The position numbers and the translations under genes were made by a program. A stretch of DNA of 64,000 bases. Source: Thermoleophilia bacterium (GTDB lineage: Bacteria; Actinomycetota; Thermoleophilia; UBA2241). Below the pieces are notes generated by a model. It did no database searches. It was not told the origin of the DNA and saw only the letters and a list, made by a program, of their open reading frames with translations. Below, piece after piece: positions 54,943 through 64,000 of this stretch (its first letter is position 1; the number at the start of each line of letters is the position of its first letter). The stretch spans positions 403 to 64,402 of the forward strand of contig JAFGAW010000027.1 in NCBI GenBank assembly GCA_016933475.1, given 5' to 3'.

Positions 54943-56811
54943 ATGGACGAGCACGCAGACGGGCCTCCGGGCCCTGTCGACGACATCATCGGCGCAGCGC
55001 CCCTCGACGGCCGGTACCGCGCGACGCGCCGGATCGGCGGCGGGGGGATGGCCGACGTCTACCTCGCCGAGGACCTCGTCCTCGGTCGGTTCGTAGCCGT
55101 CAAGGTACTGCGCCGCGAGCTCGCGCTCGACGCCGAGTTCGTCGAGCGCTTCGACACCGAAGCGCGCGCTGCGGCTTCGTTGAGCCATCCCAACATCGTC
55201 GCCATCCACGACCGCGGGCGCTCCGGCGAGCCCTGGTACATCGTCATGGAGTACGTCCCCGGGGAGACGCTGAAGCAGCGGGTGCGCCGCGCGGGTGCAT
55301 TGCCGTGCCGGGAGGCGGCCGCGATCGCCGTCGACGTCCTCGGGGCGCTCCAGGCTGCCCACGATCGCGGCATCGTCCACCGTGACGTCACCGCGCAGAA
55401 CGTACTCCTCGGCGACGACGGCAGGGTCAGGGTCGCCGACTTCGGCATCGCCCGCATCGGGGCGTCCTCGCTCACCAAGACCGGGATGACCCTGGGGACC
55501 AGCCTGTACCTGTCGCCGGAACAGGCGCGGGGCCTCGTCGCGGACGCGCGCTCCGACGTGTACGGGGCCGGGGTCGTGCTGTACGAGATGCTGACCGGGC
55601 GCGTGCCGTTCGACGGCGACACCGAGGTGGCGATCGCCTGGCAGCACGTGCACGAGGCGCCGCCGCGCCCGCGCGAGCTGCAGGCGAGCGTGTCGGAGGC
55701 GCTCGAGGCGGTGGTGCTGCGAGCGCTCGCCAAGGACCCCGGCGAACGCTTCCAGACGGCGGCCGAGTTCGCTGCGGCGCTTGTCGCGGTGGTGGCGGCG
55801 GAGAGGCCGGCTGCAGGTGCTGACGAGGATCGCCCCGGGGCGCCGGCCGCCGTTTCGCAGGGAGCAGGCGCTCAGGCTCCGGCCGCCGGCACCGACGAAG
55901 CGGGCTCACGGCCGCCCGCCGCGCCGCCGTCCGCACCGCCGCCGGCAACGGCGGTCGCGGCCGCCTCGGCCACGGCCGCGGCGGCGACCGCCGTGGCTGC
56001 CGGCGTCGTCCCCGTCGGGGTGACCGCGCCCACCGCTCTCACCGCCGGCGCGGCGTCACCGCCGGGGGAGGCGATGCCGTCCGCGGGCGCTGAGCTCGCG
56101 AGGGGACCCGACCCCGCACGGCGACGCTCGCGCCGGTGGGTGGCCGTCATCGCCGCGGTCCTCGTCGTGGCGGCCGTCGCCGTCGGCGTGTGGCTCTACA
56201 GCCTCTCCGTCGGCACCGCCGTCCCCGACGTCGTCGGGCTGAGCGAGACCGCCGCGCGCGGTGCGGTACAGGACGAAGGCCTGCGTGTCGTGACTCACCG
56301 CGAGTACGTCGACGGTGTCCCCCTGGGGTACGTGAGCCGCCAGAAGCCGCGGGCCGGCCGCGAGGCCGCCGAGGGCGACCGCGTCGAGGTCTGGGTCAGC
56401 CGTGGCCCCCTCACGGTGCCGGCGCCGGACCTGCGCGGGTCGTCCGCGAGCGCTGCCGAGGATCGCCTCATCGACGCCGAGCTCGTGCCCGAGCGCCGCA
56501 GCGGTCGCTCGGACGACGCAGCCGCGGGCGACGTCTTCCGGCAGGAGCCGCAGGCCGGTGCACTCGTCACCCGTGGGGACACCGTCGTCTACTGGGTCAG
56601 CACCGGGCTGCCGCGGGTGCGCGTGCCCGACGTCGTCGGCCTGTCGTCGGGGCAGGCAGCGACGCTGCTCGAGGAGGCCGGGCTCACCGCGAGCGTCGAC
56701 CTCACGTTCGGCTGGGGCGAATACCCCGACACCGTCGTCGAGCAGGACCCGGTCGCCGGCGAGAAGGTCGATCGAGGCGTCGAGGTGGTCATCCGCGTCG
56801 CGGTCTTCTGA
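54943..56811 (+). CDS. Ser/Thr protein kinase with TM helix and three PASTA domains (PknB/PrkC-like)
   Basis: IGGGGMADVY, VAVK, HPNIV, HRD, DFGIA, YLSPEQ; VPDVVG repeats. Confidence 0.93.
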   Translation: MDEHADGPPGPVDDIIGAAPLDGRYRATRRIGGGGMADVYLAEDLVLGRFVAVKVLRRELALDAEFVERFDTEARAAASLSHPNIVAIHDRGRSGEPWYIVMEYVPGETLKQRVRRAGALPCREAAAIAVDVLGALQAAHDRGIVHRDVTAQNVLLGDDGRVRVADFGIARIGASSLTKTGMTLGTSLYLSPEQARGLVADARSDVYGAGVVLYEMLTGRVPFDGDTEVAIAWQHVHEAPPRPRELQASVSEALEAVVLRALAKDPGERFQTAAEFAAALVAVVAAERPAAGADEDRPGAPAAVSQGAGAQAPAAGTDEAGSRPPAAPPSAPPPATAVAAASATAAAATAVAAGVVPVGVTAPTALTAGAASPPGEAMPSAGAELARGPDPARRRSRRWVAVIAAVLVVAAVAVGVWLYSLSVGTAVPDVVGLSETAARGAVQDEGLRVVTHREYVDGVPLGYVSRQKPRAGREAAEGDRVEVWVSRGPLTVPAPDLRGSSASAAEDRLIDAELVPERRSGRSDDAAAGDVFRQEPQAGALVTRGDTVVYWVSTGLPRVRVPDVVGLSSGQAATLLEEAGLTASVDLTFGWGEYPDTVVEQDPVAGEKVDRGVEVVIRVAVF

Positions 56812-56875
56812 CGCGGCGCCGCTGCCGCACACCGCCCACGCCGGCAGCCGGCAGCCTCTATCGGCGGCCCCTCTT

Positions 56876-57739
56876 CTACATCACCACGGCCAGGATGCTC
56901 ACCCCGGCGATCGTCGCCAGCACGCCGGCCGTCTGCCACCACGCCGGGCGCTCGCGCAGCAGCAGGAACCCGAGGATGGCCGAGACGGTCGCCGTCTGGG
57001 CGAGCAGGACCGAGGCGACCGACACCGGGCCGAGGGCGAGGGCCGCGCTCGCCGCGAGGAAGGCGAGCATGTCGAGCACGCTGACCCCGATGATGCCCGC
57101 CGCGCGCCCGCGCGGCGGAAAGAGGACGCGGCCGGCGGCGGCGATAGGGACCATGACGGCGAGCCCCGCGACCGACGCCACCGTCACCGTCGTGAGCGGC
57201 GAGAAGGCGTCGATCGCGCCGTAGGCGACGAACACGACGGCCATCGCCACCGCCGTGACGAGGGCGAGGCCGGCGCCGGCGGCGAAGCGCCACCGGCGCC
57301 GCTCCGCGCCCGGGGTCGCCTCACGATCGCGCTCGACCGCGGCGAGCAGGCCGCCGCCCGCCGCCAGGACGAGGCCGGCGGCCGCGGCCGCGCTGAGTGT
57401 CTCGCCCGCGGCGATGGAGACCGTCGCCGCGAAGGCGCCGTCGAGGCACGCGAGCACGACGACGAGGGAGAGCTTGCCCACGCGCAGGGCGAGCAGGAAG
57501 GCGCCCGTCGCCGCCGTATAGAGCAGGCCGCCGACGGCGGCGAGCCCGAGGTCGCCGAGCTCGGCCCTGCCCGGCAGGCCGTCGACGACCAGCGCCGGCA
57601 CGCCCAGGAGCACGATGCCGGTGGCGAACATCGCGACGGTGATCGTCATCCACGAGACGCTGCGCAGCAGGCGCTGGCTGAAGAGGTTGTAGAGCGAGTA
57701 ACCACACGCTGCCGTCAGACCGAGGGCTATCGTCGTCAT
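56876..57739 (-). CDS. EamA/DMT family transporter
   Basis: About 10 hydrophobic helices, two repeats ending AGETL / LLRERP. Confidence 0.85.
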   Translation of the reverse strand: MTTIALGLTAACGYSLYNLFSQRLLRSVSWMTITVAMFATGIVLLGVPALVVDGLPGRAELGDLGLAAVGGLLYTAATGAFLLALRVGKLSLVVVLACLDGAFAATVSIAAGETLSAAAAAGLVLAAGGGLLAAVERDREATPGAERRRWRFAAGAGLALVTAVAMAVVFVAYGAIDAFSPLTTVTVASVAGLAVMVPIAAAGRVLFPPRGRAAGIIGVSVLDMLAFLAASAALALGPVSVASVLLAQTATVSAILGFLLLRERPAWWQTAGVLATIAGVSILAVVM

Positions 57740-57770
57740 CGCTCCCGAGTCTACGTGGCGTGCTGCCGCC

Positions 57771-57826
57771 GCGGAAGGCGCAGGGACGGGGCAGAGGCGC
57801 GGAAGGCGCAGGGACGGGGCAGAGGC
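57771..57826. repeat. 28-bp perfect tandem duplication
   Basis: gcggaaggcgcagggacggggcagaggc at 57771 and 57799. Confidence 0.92.
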
Positions 57827-57914
57827 GCGGGAGGGCGCGCCGGCCGTGCCGCACGGTCGGTGGCGGCGCGCCCGGCCCGGCGTGCCCTCCCCGCCCCCCT
57901 TGTGGCCGCAGCGC

Positions 57915-58440
57915 GTGCAGAAGAGCGTCGAGGGCCTGACGCAGAGGAACGGCTACCGCGAGCGCCTCGGGCAGACCCGCGCCGGCGAGAGCGCGCTCGC
58001 GGTCCCGCGGCTGCGAAGCGGCACGTACTTCCCCAGCTTCCTCGAGCCGCGCTCCCGGAGCGAGAAGGCGCTTGTCGCCGTCGTCCAGGAGGCCTGCGTG
58101 GGAGGCGTCTCGACGCGCAAGGTCGAGCGCTTCGTCACGCATCTCGGGCTCGCCGGCAGGAGCCGGTCGGCGGTCAGCCGCCTCTGCACGAGATTCGACG
58201 AGCAGGTGCGCTTCTTTCGCGAGCGGCCCTTGGAAGGGAGGTACCCCCACCTGTGACTCGACGCCAAGGTGGAGCGCGTGAGAGCGCCGGGGGGGTGCGT
58301 CACAAAGCGCTGGCCAGCGCTTACTGCATGCACGAGACGGCAAAGCGGGAGGCGATCGGCATCGACGTCGGCGAGACCGAGGCCTTCCGGCGTGAGTCCC
58401 TCGGGGGCCTGAGGAGTCGCAGCCTGACCGGCGTTGCCGC
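57915..58440 (+). mobile_element. IS256-family transposase remnant (pseudogene)
   Basis: QRNGYRER..TRAG..VPRLRSGTYFPSFLEPR..GVSTRKV..SAVSR..RERPLEGRYP; in-frame TGA before LDA, frameshift, both ends truncated. Confidence 0.88.
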
Positions 58441-58689
58441 CGCCCTCGAGGGTACGGCGGCCAAGGTCGCCCGGCTGCTCGCCGCTGCTCGTGGGCACGT
58501 GGGCCGACGCCGCCTGGGCGGTCGGCCGCGACGAGCGGCATGGTCCCGGCTCGTGGCGTCGGTGAAGAGGGACCGCCCGCTGCGGCGCCATTTGACCCAA
58601 GAGACCACCCTGTCCGGGTGATGTGCGGCTTCGTCCTTCGGCCTACGCTCGTCTCGTGAGTGCAAGGAGAACGGAGGAGCGGAGGAATC

Positions 58690-59106
58690 ATGAGCGTCAC
58701 CGTCGCACACAGCCCCCACATCCATCTGCCCTACAAGTCGATCGCGTTCTTCCTCGCCGCGGCCGCGGTCGCCGCGGCGGTGCTGGTTCTCGTCAGCCAG
58801 TCCCGGGAGTCGCAGCACGCGAGCCAGACAACGAGCATCGCGACGGGCAAGGCTGAAGCCGTCGCCATGCCGAAGCCGGAATCGTGGTCCCTGCTGCGGG
58901 CCCACCCCGAGCTGGCTGTGGCCGCGGGGGAGACTACGACCGGCGCCACGACGACGACGGACGTCGAGCCGCGGCACAACCTGGCGATCAGCACCACGCT
59001 GGATGGCGAGGCCGCCTACATCTCCCAGCCGCCGACGCCATGGTACGCGCCGGGAGAGGTCGAGAACGCGCACCCGATGAACTTCATCGCCGGTTCGACG
59101 CGATGA
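58690..59106 (+). CDS. Small exported or membrane-anchored hypothetical protein
   Basis: SD GGAGG, N-terminal hydrophobic helix, Thr-rich linker, followed by a hairpin. Confidence 0.7.
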   Translation: MSVTVAHSPHIHLPYKSIAFFLAAAAVAAAVLVLVSQSRESQHASQTTSIATGKAEAVAMPKPESWSLLRAHPELAVAAGETTTGATTTTDVEPRHNLAISTTLDGEAAYISQPPTPWYAPGEVENAHPMNFIAGSTR

Positions 59107-59162
59107 AGCGCCACAGGATCCGCGGGTCGCTCCGCGGGCCCGGCGGTCCGGCCGCTCCGTAA

Positions 59163-59195
59163 GGGGGCCGCCGGGGCGACGCCCCGGCGGCCCCC
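59163..59195 (+). terminator. GC hairpin after the 58690-59106 gene
   Basis: gggggccgccggggc-gac-gccccggcggccccc. Confidence 0.7.
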
Positions 59196-59287
59196 TCGTC
59201 ACTGCCGGCTGAGCCCTACCGTTGACTGCGCGCCCCTTGTCCATACACTAGCTTCGCAGGAGGGTCACACCGGCGAAGGCAGGGACC

Positions 59288-61606
59288 GTGGGCTGCACAG
59301 GGCGTCGGGCGCAGCCAGGCGACTCGTCCACGAGCGACGGGCTGCAAGGCGCCGCCTGCGACGCCTCCGCCGCTGGGGCGTCGCGCGCAATCGACGTCGA
59401 TCTGCTTCGCACCCGGCCCCTGAGTCCGAAGCTGAAGCCGCCGCGGCCGGATCTGCCGCTGGTCACGCGGCGCGCCCTGCTCGCGACGCTCGCCGAGTGC
59501 TCGGCTCCTCTGGTCGTCGTGTCCGCCCCGGCGGGCGCCGGAAAGACGATCTGTCTGCTCGAGTGGGTCGACGCAGATCCGCGGCCGGTGGCGTGGGTCA
59601 CCCTCGACAGGGCCGACGACGACCGGGTGGTGTTCCTCTACTCGCTCGTCCGAGCGCTCGACCCGGTCACAGCGCTCGAGCCCGATCTGCTCGATCTGCT
59701 GCAGCTTCATTCGCCGCCCGTTGAGGAGCAGATCCTGCCGCGGCTCGCCGCCGCCCTCGGCCGCGCCGCACCCTTCGTACTGGTCCTCGACGACGCCCAT
59801 CGCCTGCGGAGCGCGCCCTGCTGGAGCGTCGTCCGCGCAGTGCTCGACGCCTTGCCGCCGGGGGCTCAGCTGGCTCTGGGCACGCGCCGCGACCCGCCGC
59901 TGCGGCTGGCGGCGCTGCGGGCGCGAGGCGCAGTGCTCGAGATCCGCGCCGGCGATCTCGCGTTCGACCGAGAGGAGGCGTCGAGGCTGCTCGGCGAGCA
60001 CGACGAGCCGCCCGATGGACCGACGCTCGACGCGGTGATGCACGCCACAGAGGGATGGGCCGCCGGCCTGTACCTTGCGACGCTGGCCGGGCGCACGCGC
60101 GGGCGGGAGCGCGACGCCGGCGGCCGGCTCCGGGAGCTGGGCGGCGACCAGCGCGAGATCGCCGAGTACCTCGCCACCGAGGTCCTCGAGGGCCAGGCCC
60201 CCGACGTGCAGGAGTTCCTGCTGCGCACGAGCGTCCTGGAGCACGCGGGCACGGCGGAGTGCCGTGCCCTGACCGGCAGAGAGGACGCGCACGAGATGCT
60301 CGCCCGCCTTGCCGGCGAGAACCTCTTCGTCGTCCCGCTCGGCGCCGGCGCGTACCGCTACCACCACCTTTTCGCCGAGTTCCTGCGCGCCGAGCTGAGG
60401 CGCCGCGCGCCGGACGAGGCGCGGCGCCTCCATCAGACGGCGGCGGACTGGTTCTGCGAGGAGGGCGACGTGGACCAGGCCGTCCATCACTGGCTGGCCG
60501 CCGGCGACGTCGACCAGGCCGCCGCCACGGTCACCTCCGCGTGGCCGCGGATGTGGAACCGCGGCCAGATCGAGACCGTGCGGCGCTGGCTGCAGGGCTT
60601 CACCGACGAGCAGATCCTCGAGCGTCCTGCCCTGACGCTGTGCGCCGGCTGGGTGCTGACGGCGCTGAGCGACACCCGCTTGGGGCGGCGCTGGGGGCAG
60701 GCCGCCTGCAGCGCCCACGTCGGCGACGAGCCGTCGCCCGACGGCGCCGTCTCGCTGCGCTCGTCGCAGGCGCTGCTGCGCGCGAATCTGGGGCTCGACG
60801 GGGTCAAGCGCATGCGCGCGGACGCCGAGCTCGCGGCCGAACTGGAGAGCCGCCCCGGAACCAGCTGGTACGCAGACGCCCAAGGCGCGCTCGGCGTCGC
60901 GCGCTGGCTTTCGGGCGCCGAGCGGCACGCCGAGGCCGCACTCCAGAGGACGGTGCGCGAGGGTGAGGTGTCGAACCCGTCGGCCGAGCTGGCGGCGCTC
61001 GGCACGCTCGCGCTGATCGCCGCCGACCGCGGCGACTGGGACGCGGCCCGCGAGTTCGCCGACCGCGCCGCGGCGCTTCTCGAGGCGTGCGGCTTCGGCA
61101 CGGGTCGGCGCAGCCTGCCGATGCTTCTCGCACGGGCGGACCTGCTGGCACGCGAGGGGGACCCGGAGGTTGTCGCCGTGGAGGGCCGCGCAGCGCGCGT
61201 CCTCGAGACGATGGTGCCGCACCCGTGGCTGACGCTGCTGGCGAGCGTCGTTCTCGGCGAGACGATGCTCGAGCACGGGGACGTTCGGGCGGCGCAGGGC
61301 TGGAGCAGGCGAGCGGCCGAGCTCCTGCGCCACTACTCCGACTCCGGGATCCTCGGTCCGCGCGCCGAGCGCCTGCGCAGGTCGGTCGAGGCCGCCTCGT
61401 GCACCGATGCGCTGACCGCGGCCGAGCACCGCGTGCTCGAGTTCCTCCCGACGCACATGAGCGACGCGCAGATCGGTGAGCACCTGTTCATCACGCGCAA
61501 CACGGTCAAGTCGCACCTGCGCGCCGTGTATCGCAAGCTCGGGGTCGCGTCGCGCGACGAAGCGGTCGCGCGGGCGCGCGGGCTCGGGCTGCTCAGGAAG
61601 CCCTGA
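59288..61606 (+). CDS. MalT-like ATP-dependent LuxR-family regulator (start uncertain)
   Basis: KLKPPR, SAPAGAGKT, LVLDDAH, TEGWAAGL, YRYHHLF, C-terminal LFITRNTVKSHLRAVYRKLG HTH. Confidence 0.92.
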   Translation: MGCTGRRAQPGDSSTSDGLQGAACDASAAGASRAIDVDLLRTRPLSPKLKPPRPDLPLVTRRALLATLAECSAPLVVVSAPAGAGKTICLLEWVDADPRPVAWVTLDRADDDRVVFLYSLVRALDPVTALEPDLLDLLQLHSPPVEEQILPRLAAALGRAAPFVLVLDDAHRLRSAPCWSVVRAVLDALPPGAQLALGTRRDPPLRLAALRARGAVLEIRAGDLAFDREEASRLLGEHDEPPDGPTLDAVMHATEGWAAGLYLATLAGRTRGRERDAGGRLRELGGDQREIAEYLATEVLEGQAPDVQEFLLRTSVLEHAGTAECRALTGREDAHEMLARLAGENLFVVPLGAGAYRYHHLFAEFLRAELRRRAPDEARRLHQTAADWFCEEGDVDQAVHHWLAAGDVDQAAATVTSAWPRMWNRGQIETVRRWLQGFTDEQILERPALTLCAGWVLTALSDTRLGRRWGQAACSAHVGDEPSPDGAVSLRSSQALLRANLGLDGVKRMRADAELAAELESRPGTSWYADAQGALGVARWLSGAERHAEAALQRTVREGEVSNPSAELAALGTLALIAADRGDWDAAREFADRAAALLEACGFGTGRRSLPMLLARADLLAREGDPEVVAVEGRAARVLETMVPHPWLTLLASVVLGETMLEHGDVRAAQGWSRRAAELLRHYSDSGILGPRAERLRRSVEAASCTDALTAAEHRVLEFLPTHMSDAQIGEHLFITRNTVKSHLRAVYRKLGVASRDEAVARARGLGLLRKP

Positions 61607-62503
61607 GCAGGGCCTCGGTCTCTTCGAGCGCCGGCCTCGCCTTGAGGCGCGCGAGATTGATGCGCCATGTGGTCGGCGAGCTCGTCCAGCCTTGCGCTCG
61701 CCGAGTCCTCGAACCACGCCACAACGCTCGCGTGCTTCCGCGCCTTCACAGCTCGCGTGAGCTCTGCGCAGGCGACGTCTCGCGCAAGGCGGCAAGATCC
61801 TCCGCCCGTTCGAGAAAGGCCTGGCGGTCGTGCCGCCGGGCTGCAGGCCGGCGCGCGCGAGGGCTCGCGTGGCGAGCCAGACCTGTACGGGCTCGCTCTT
61901 GCTCCTGGCGACGACCGGCGGAAGCCTCTCGTACTCGAACAGCCGGCTGGTCAGCTCGTGGGTGAGCGCGCCGACGGCGACGCCGCCGGGCGGGGCGGCC
62001 GCCTGCAGGCGCGCCGCCGTGTTGACGGCGTCGCCGTGCACGAAGCCGCGCCCACTGGCGGGATCCACGTCGAGGCGCGCCAGGACCTCGCCGGTGTTGA
62101 TGCCGATGGCGGACCTCAAGGGGTCCGCCATCGGGACGAGTCATGCCCTCGAGCGCTTCGAGCAGGCGCAGGCCGGCGCGCACGGCGCGCTCGGCATCGT
62201 CCTCGTGCGCGGTCGGTACGCCGAGCACCCCGGCCACGGCGTCGCCGACAAACGTCTTCACAGTGCCGCCGCGGCTCTCGATCACCCGCCGCCCGGTCTC
62301 CTGATAGCGGCCAAGCAGGGCGTCGAGGTCCTCGGGGTCGGCACTCTCGCCCATGGCGGTGAAGCCGACGAGATCGGCAAACGACATCGTGGCGAGCTCT
62401 TGCTCCTCGTCGAGGCAGGGCGGGGCCGTGAGCCGTGCCCGCATCGCCCACAGAACGTAAAGCCGTCGGGGTTCTCGGCGCCGCAGGAGGGGCACATCAG
62501 CAC
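61603..62503 (-). pseudogene. Frameshifted, internally deleted zinc-ribbon adenylate/guanylate cyclase-AAA gene
   Basis: CPSCGAENP..FCGRCG; FADLVGFT..FVGDAV..AHEDDAERAVRA; IGINTGEV..GDAVNTAARLQ, spread over different frames. Confidence 0.88.
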
Positions 62504-62674
62504 GCCGCGGCCCCTCTGCCGACAAGCGCCGTGCGCGAACGGTGTCGCCCGAGCGTCGCGGTCCTCGTCACCCGCAGCCCCCGCACGTTAAGCCCAGTCG
62601 GCTCCGTTGCCCCACGGTAGACCGCGCACGGGGAACGGACAATGGAGCCGGCGCGCAGCGCCCCGTGCGCTGTC

Positions 62675-64000
62675 TCAGCCCGTGCGCCCGGGCCGCGTCT
62701 GCGGCTGCACGCCGGGCAGCTCCCAGGCGTCGGCGCGGCGTGGGCCGGCGCCCGCCGGCAGCTCCTGCGCCGGCACGGGCGCGTTGCCGACCGGGCGCCC
62801 GGGGCGGCTACCGGGGGCGCGGCCGACCACGCGCAGCAGGTCGTCGACGCGCTGCGCGACCACGGCGAGGCCGTGCTCCTCGCTGTTCTGCAGCTCGCCC
62901 TCGACGTAGAGGTAGAGGCTGTCCTTGAGGACGCGCCCGCAGCGCAGGTAGACGTCGTTGAAGACCACGACCTGGGCGAGCTCGGTCTCGTCCTCGAGGG
63001 TGAGGAAGAGGGTGCGGTGCCCCGAGCGGACCCAGGGCATCTGGGCGCGCTCGAGCACCCCGGCGAGGCGCACGCGGCGGCCGTTGGGGACGGCGGCGAG
63101 CTCGGCGAACGGGGTCACCCGCAGCGCCTTCAACTCGTCACGCACGAGGCGCAGCGGGTGGGCGCTCACGTTGAGGCCGAGCACCTCGAGCTCGGCGCGC
63201 ACGCGCTGCTCGAGCGACCACGAGGGGATGAAGTCGAGCGGCGCGAGCTGGTCGTCGAGGGCGAGGCGCGGCTGGTCGAGGCCGGCCGCCGCCGGTGCGC
63301 CGGCCTCGTCGCCTGCGCCTTGCCGCCCACGCCCGTCATCCACTCCGCGCCCGCCACCGGTCATGCCACCGGTCATGCCACCGGTCGCGCCACCGGTCAC
63401 GACGCCCCGGCGGCTGCCCGCGCGCTCGCCGCCCTGCCGCCGCCCGCCTGGGCGGCTGCCGGCGTAGAGCAGCGGCAACTGGGCGATGAGCTCTTCGCGG
63501 CGCACGCCGAGGGCGTCGAAGGCGCCGGCGCGCGCGAGGTTCTCGGCGATCTCACGGCTGATACGGGTACGGGCGACGAAGTCGGGGAGCGACGTGTACG
63601 GCCGGGGCAGCCCCGGCGGCGGACCCGGGGCAGGCGGCGCGCCCGCAGCGCCGACCGCGCCGAGCTCGTCGCTCGCTTCGCGTGGCGCCACCCTGTCGCG
63701 CCCCTCGACGATCGCCCGCCGCGCCGCCGCGCTCATCTCTTTGACGTAGGCCAGCCCGACGCGCAGGGCGCGGCCGTCGGCCTCGACCTCGAACCACTCG
63801 CCGCTGAGATTGACGTCGAGCGGGCGCACCTCGAGCCCCCAGCGGCGCGCGTCGTTGAGCACCACGCGCGGCGAGTAGAAGCCCATCGGCTGATTGTTGA
63901 GCAGGCCGCAGTAGAACTCGGCGGGGTAGTGCGCCTTGAGCCAGGCGCTGGCGTTGCAGACCACGGCGAAGCAGGCGGCGTGCGCCTTGTTGAAACCGTA
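62675..64000 (-). CDS. dnaE2: DNA polymerase III alpha subunit, DnaE2-like, 3' part (start lies beyond the window)
   Basis: YGFNKAHAACFA, AWLKAHYP, LLNNQPMGFY, LARAGAFD, OB fold FLTLEDET. Confidence 0.85.
   Translation of the reverse strand, partial: YGFNKAHAACFAVVCNASAWLKAHYPAEFYCGLLNNQPMGFYSPRVVLNDARRWGLEVRPLDVNLSGEWFEVEADGRALRVGLAYVKEMSAAARRAIVEGRDRVAPREASDELGAVGAAGAPPAPGPPPGLPRPYTSLPDFVARTRISREIAENLARAGAFDALGVRREELIAQLPLLYAGSRPGGRRQGGERAGSRRGVVTGGATGGMTGGMTGGGRGVDDGRGRQGAGDEAGAPAAAGLDQPRLALDDQLAPLDFIPSWSLEQRVRAELEVLGLNVSAHPLRLVRDELKALRVTPFAELAAVPNGRRVRLAGVLERAQMPWVRSGHRTLFLTLEDETELAQVVVFNDVYLRCGRVLKDSLYLYVEGELQNSEEHGLAVVAQRVDDLLRVVGRAPGSRPGRPVGNAPVPAQELPAGAGPRRADAWELPGVQPQTRPGRTG

Noticed and set aside
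58254-58256. In-frame TGA in the IS256 transposase as selenocysteine or readthrough
   Set aside because: The position corresponds to a usual Trp (TGG to TGA) in an otherwise frameshifted, truncated remnant
59216-62131. 971-aa minus-strand ORF starting with cyclase motifs
   Set aside because: Only about the first 105 aa belong to the cyclase pseudogene; the rest is the antisense shadow of the MalT-like gene

Overview
High-GC bacterial chromosome segment. Gene order and promoter/operator style suggest Actinomycetota, possibly a Thermoleophilia-like anaerobe (inference). It opens with a conserved core block: glmU-prs-rplY-pth, dacB, mfd-prsA-mazG, eno, pyk, ftsB-DUF501-ppx, tRNA-Leu(UAA). Between mazG and eno lies an apparently inserted three-gene cassette: a dynamin-like GTPase and two DUF6062-like Cys/His proteins. 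Its leader carries a clear fluoride (crcB-class) riboswitch with a terminator platform, back-to-back with the promoter of fluoride-sensitive enolase. This is the best candidate for an uncharacterised system. After the tRNA comes an island-like block: a Dpp/Opp ABC transporter, a non-pyrrolysine MttB-family methyltransferase, decayed paralogues and a TetR regulator. Next are a metal/Fe-S region (NifU-like, NifX-like, DUF89, Zur-ZnuACB, QueG-like, CopA with a CsoR box), paaK, an orphan REC-MshEN-PilB ATPase flanked by mutually complementary non-coding elements, and accC with an apparent ACG start. The rest holds a candidate C-rich-loop sRNA, an M48-zinc-ribbon fusion, a PASTA kinase, an IS256 remnant, a MalT-like regulator, a cyclase pseudogene and the 3' part of dnaE2. 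No CRISPR array or rRNA was seen. All calls come from reading motifs by eye; no searches were run.
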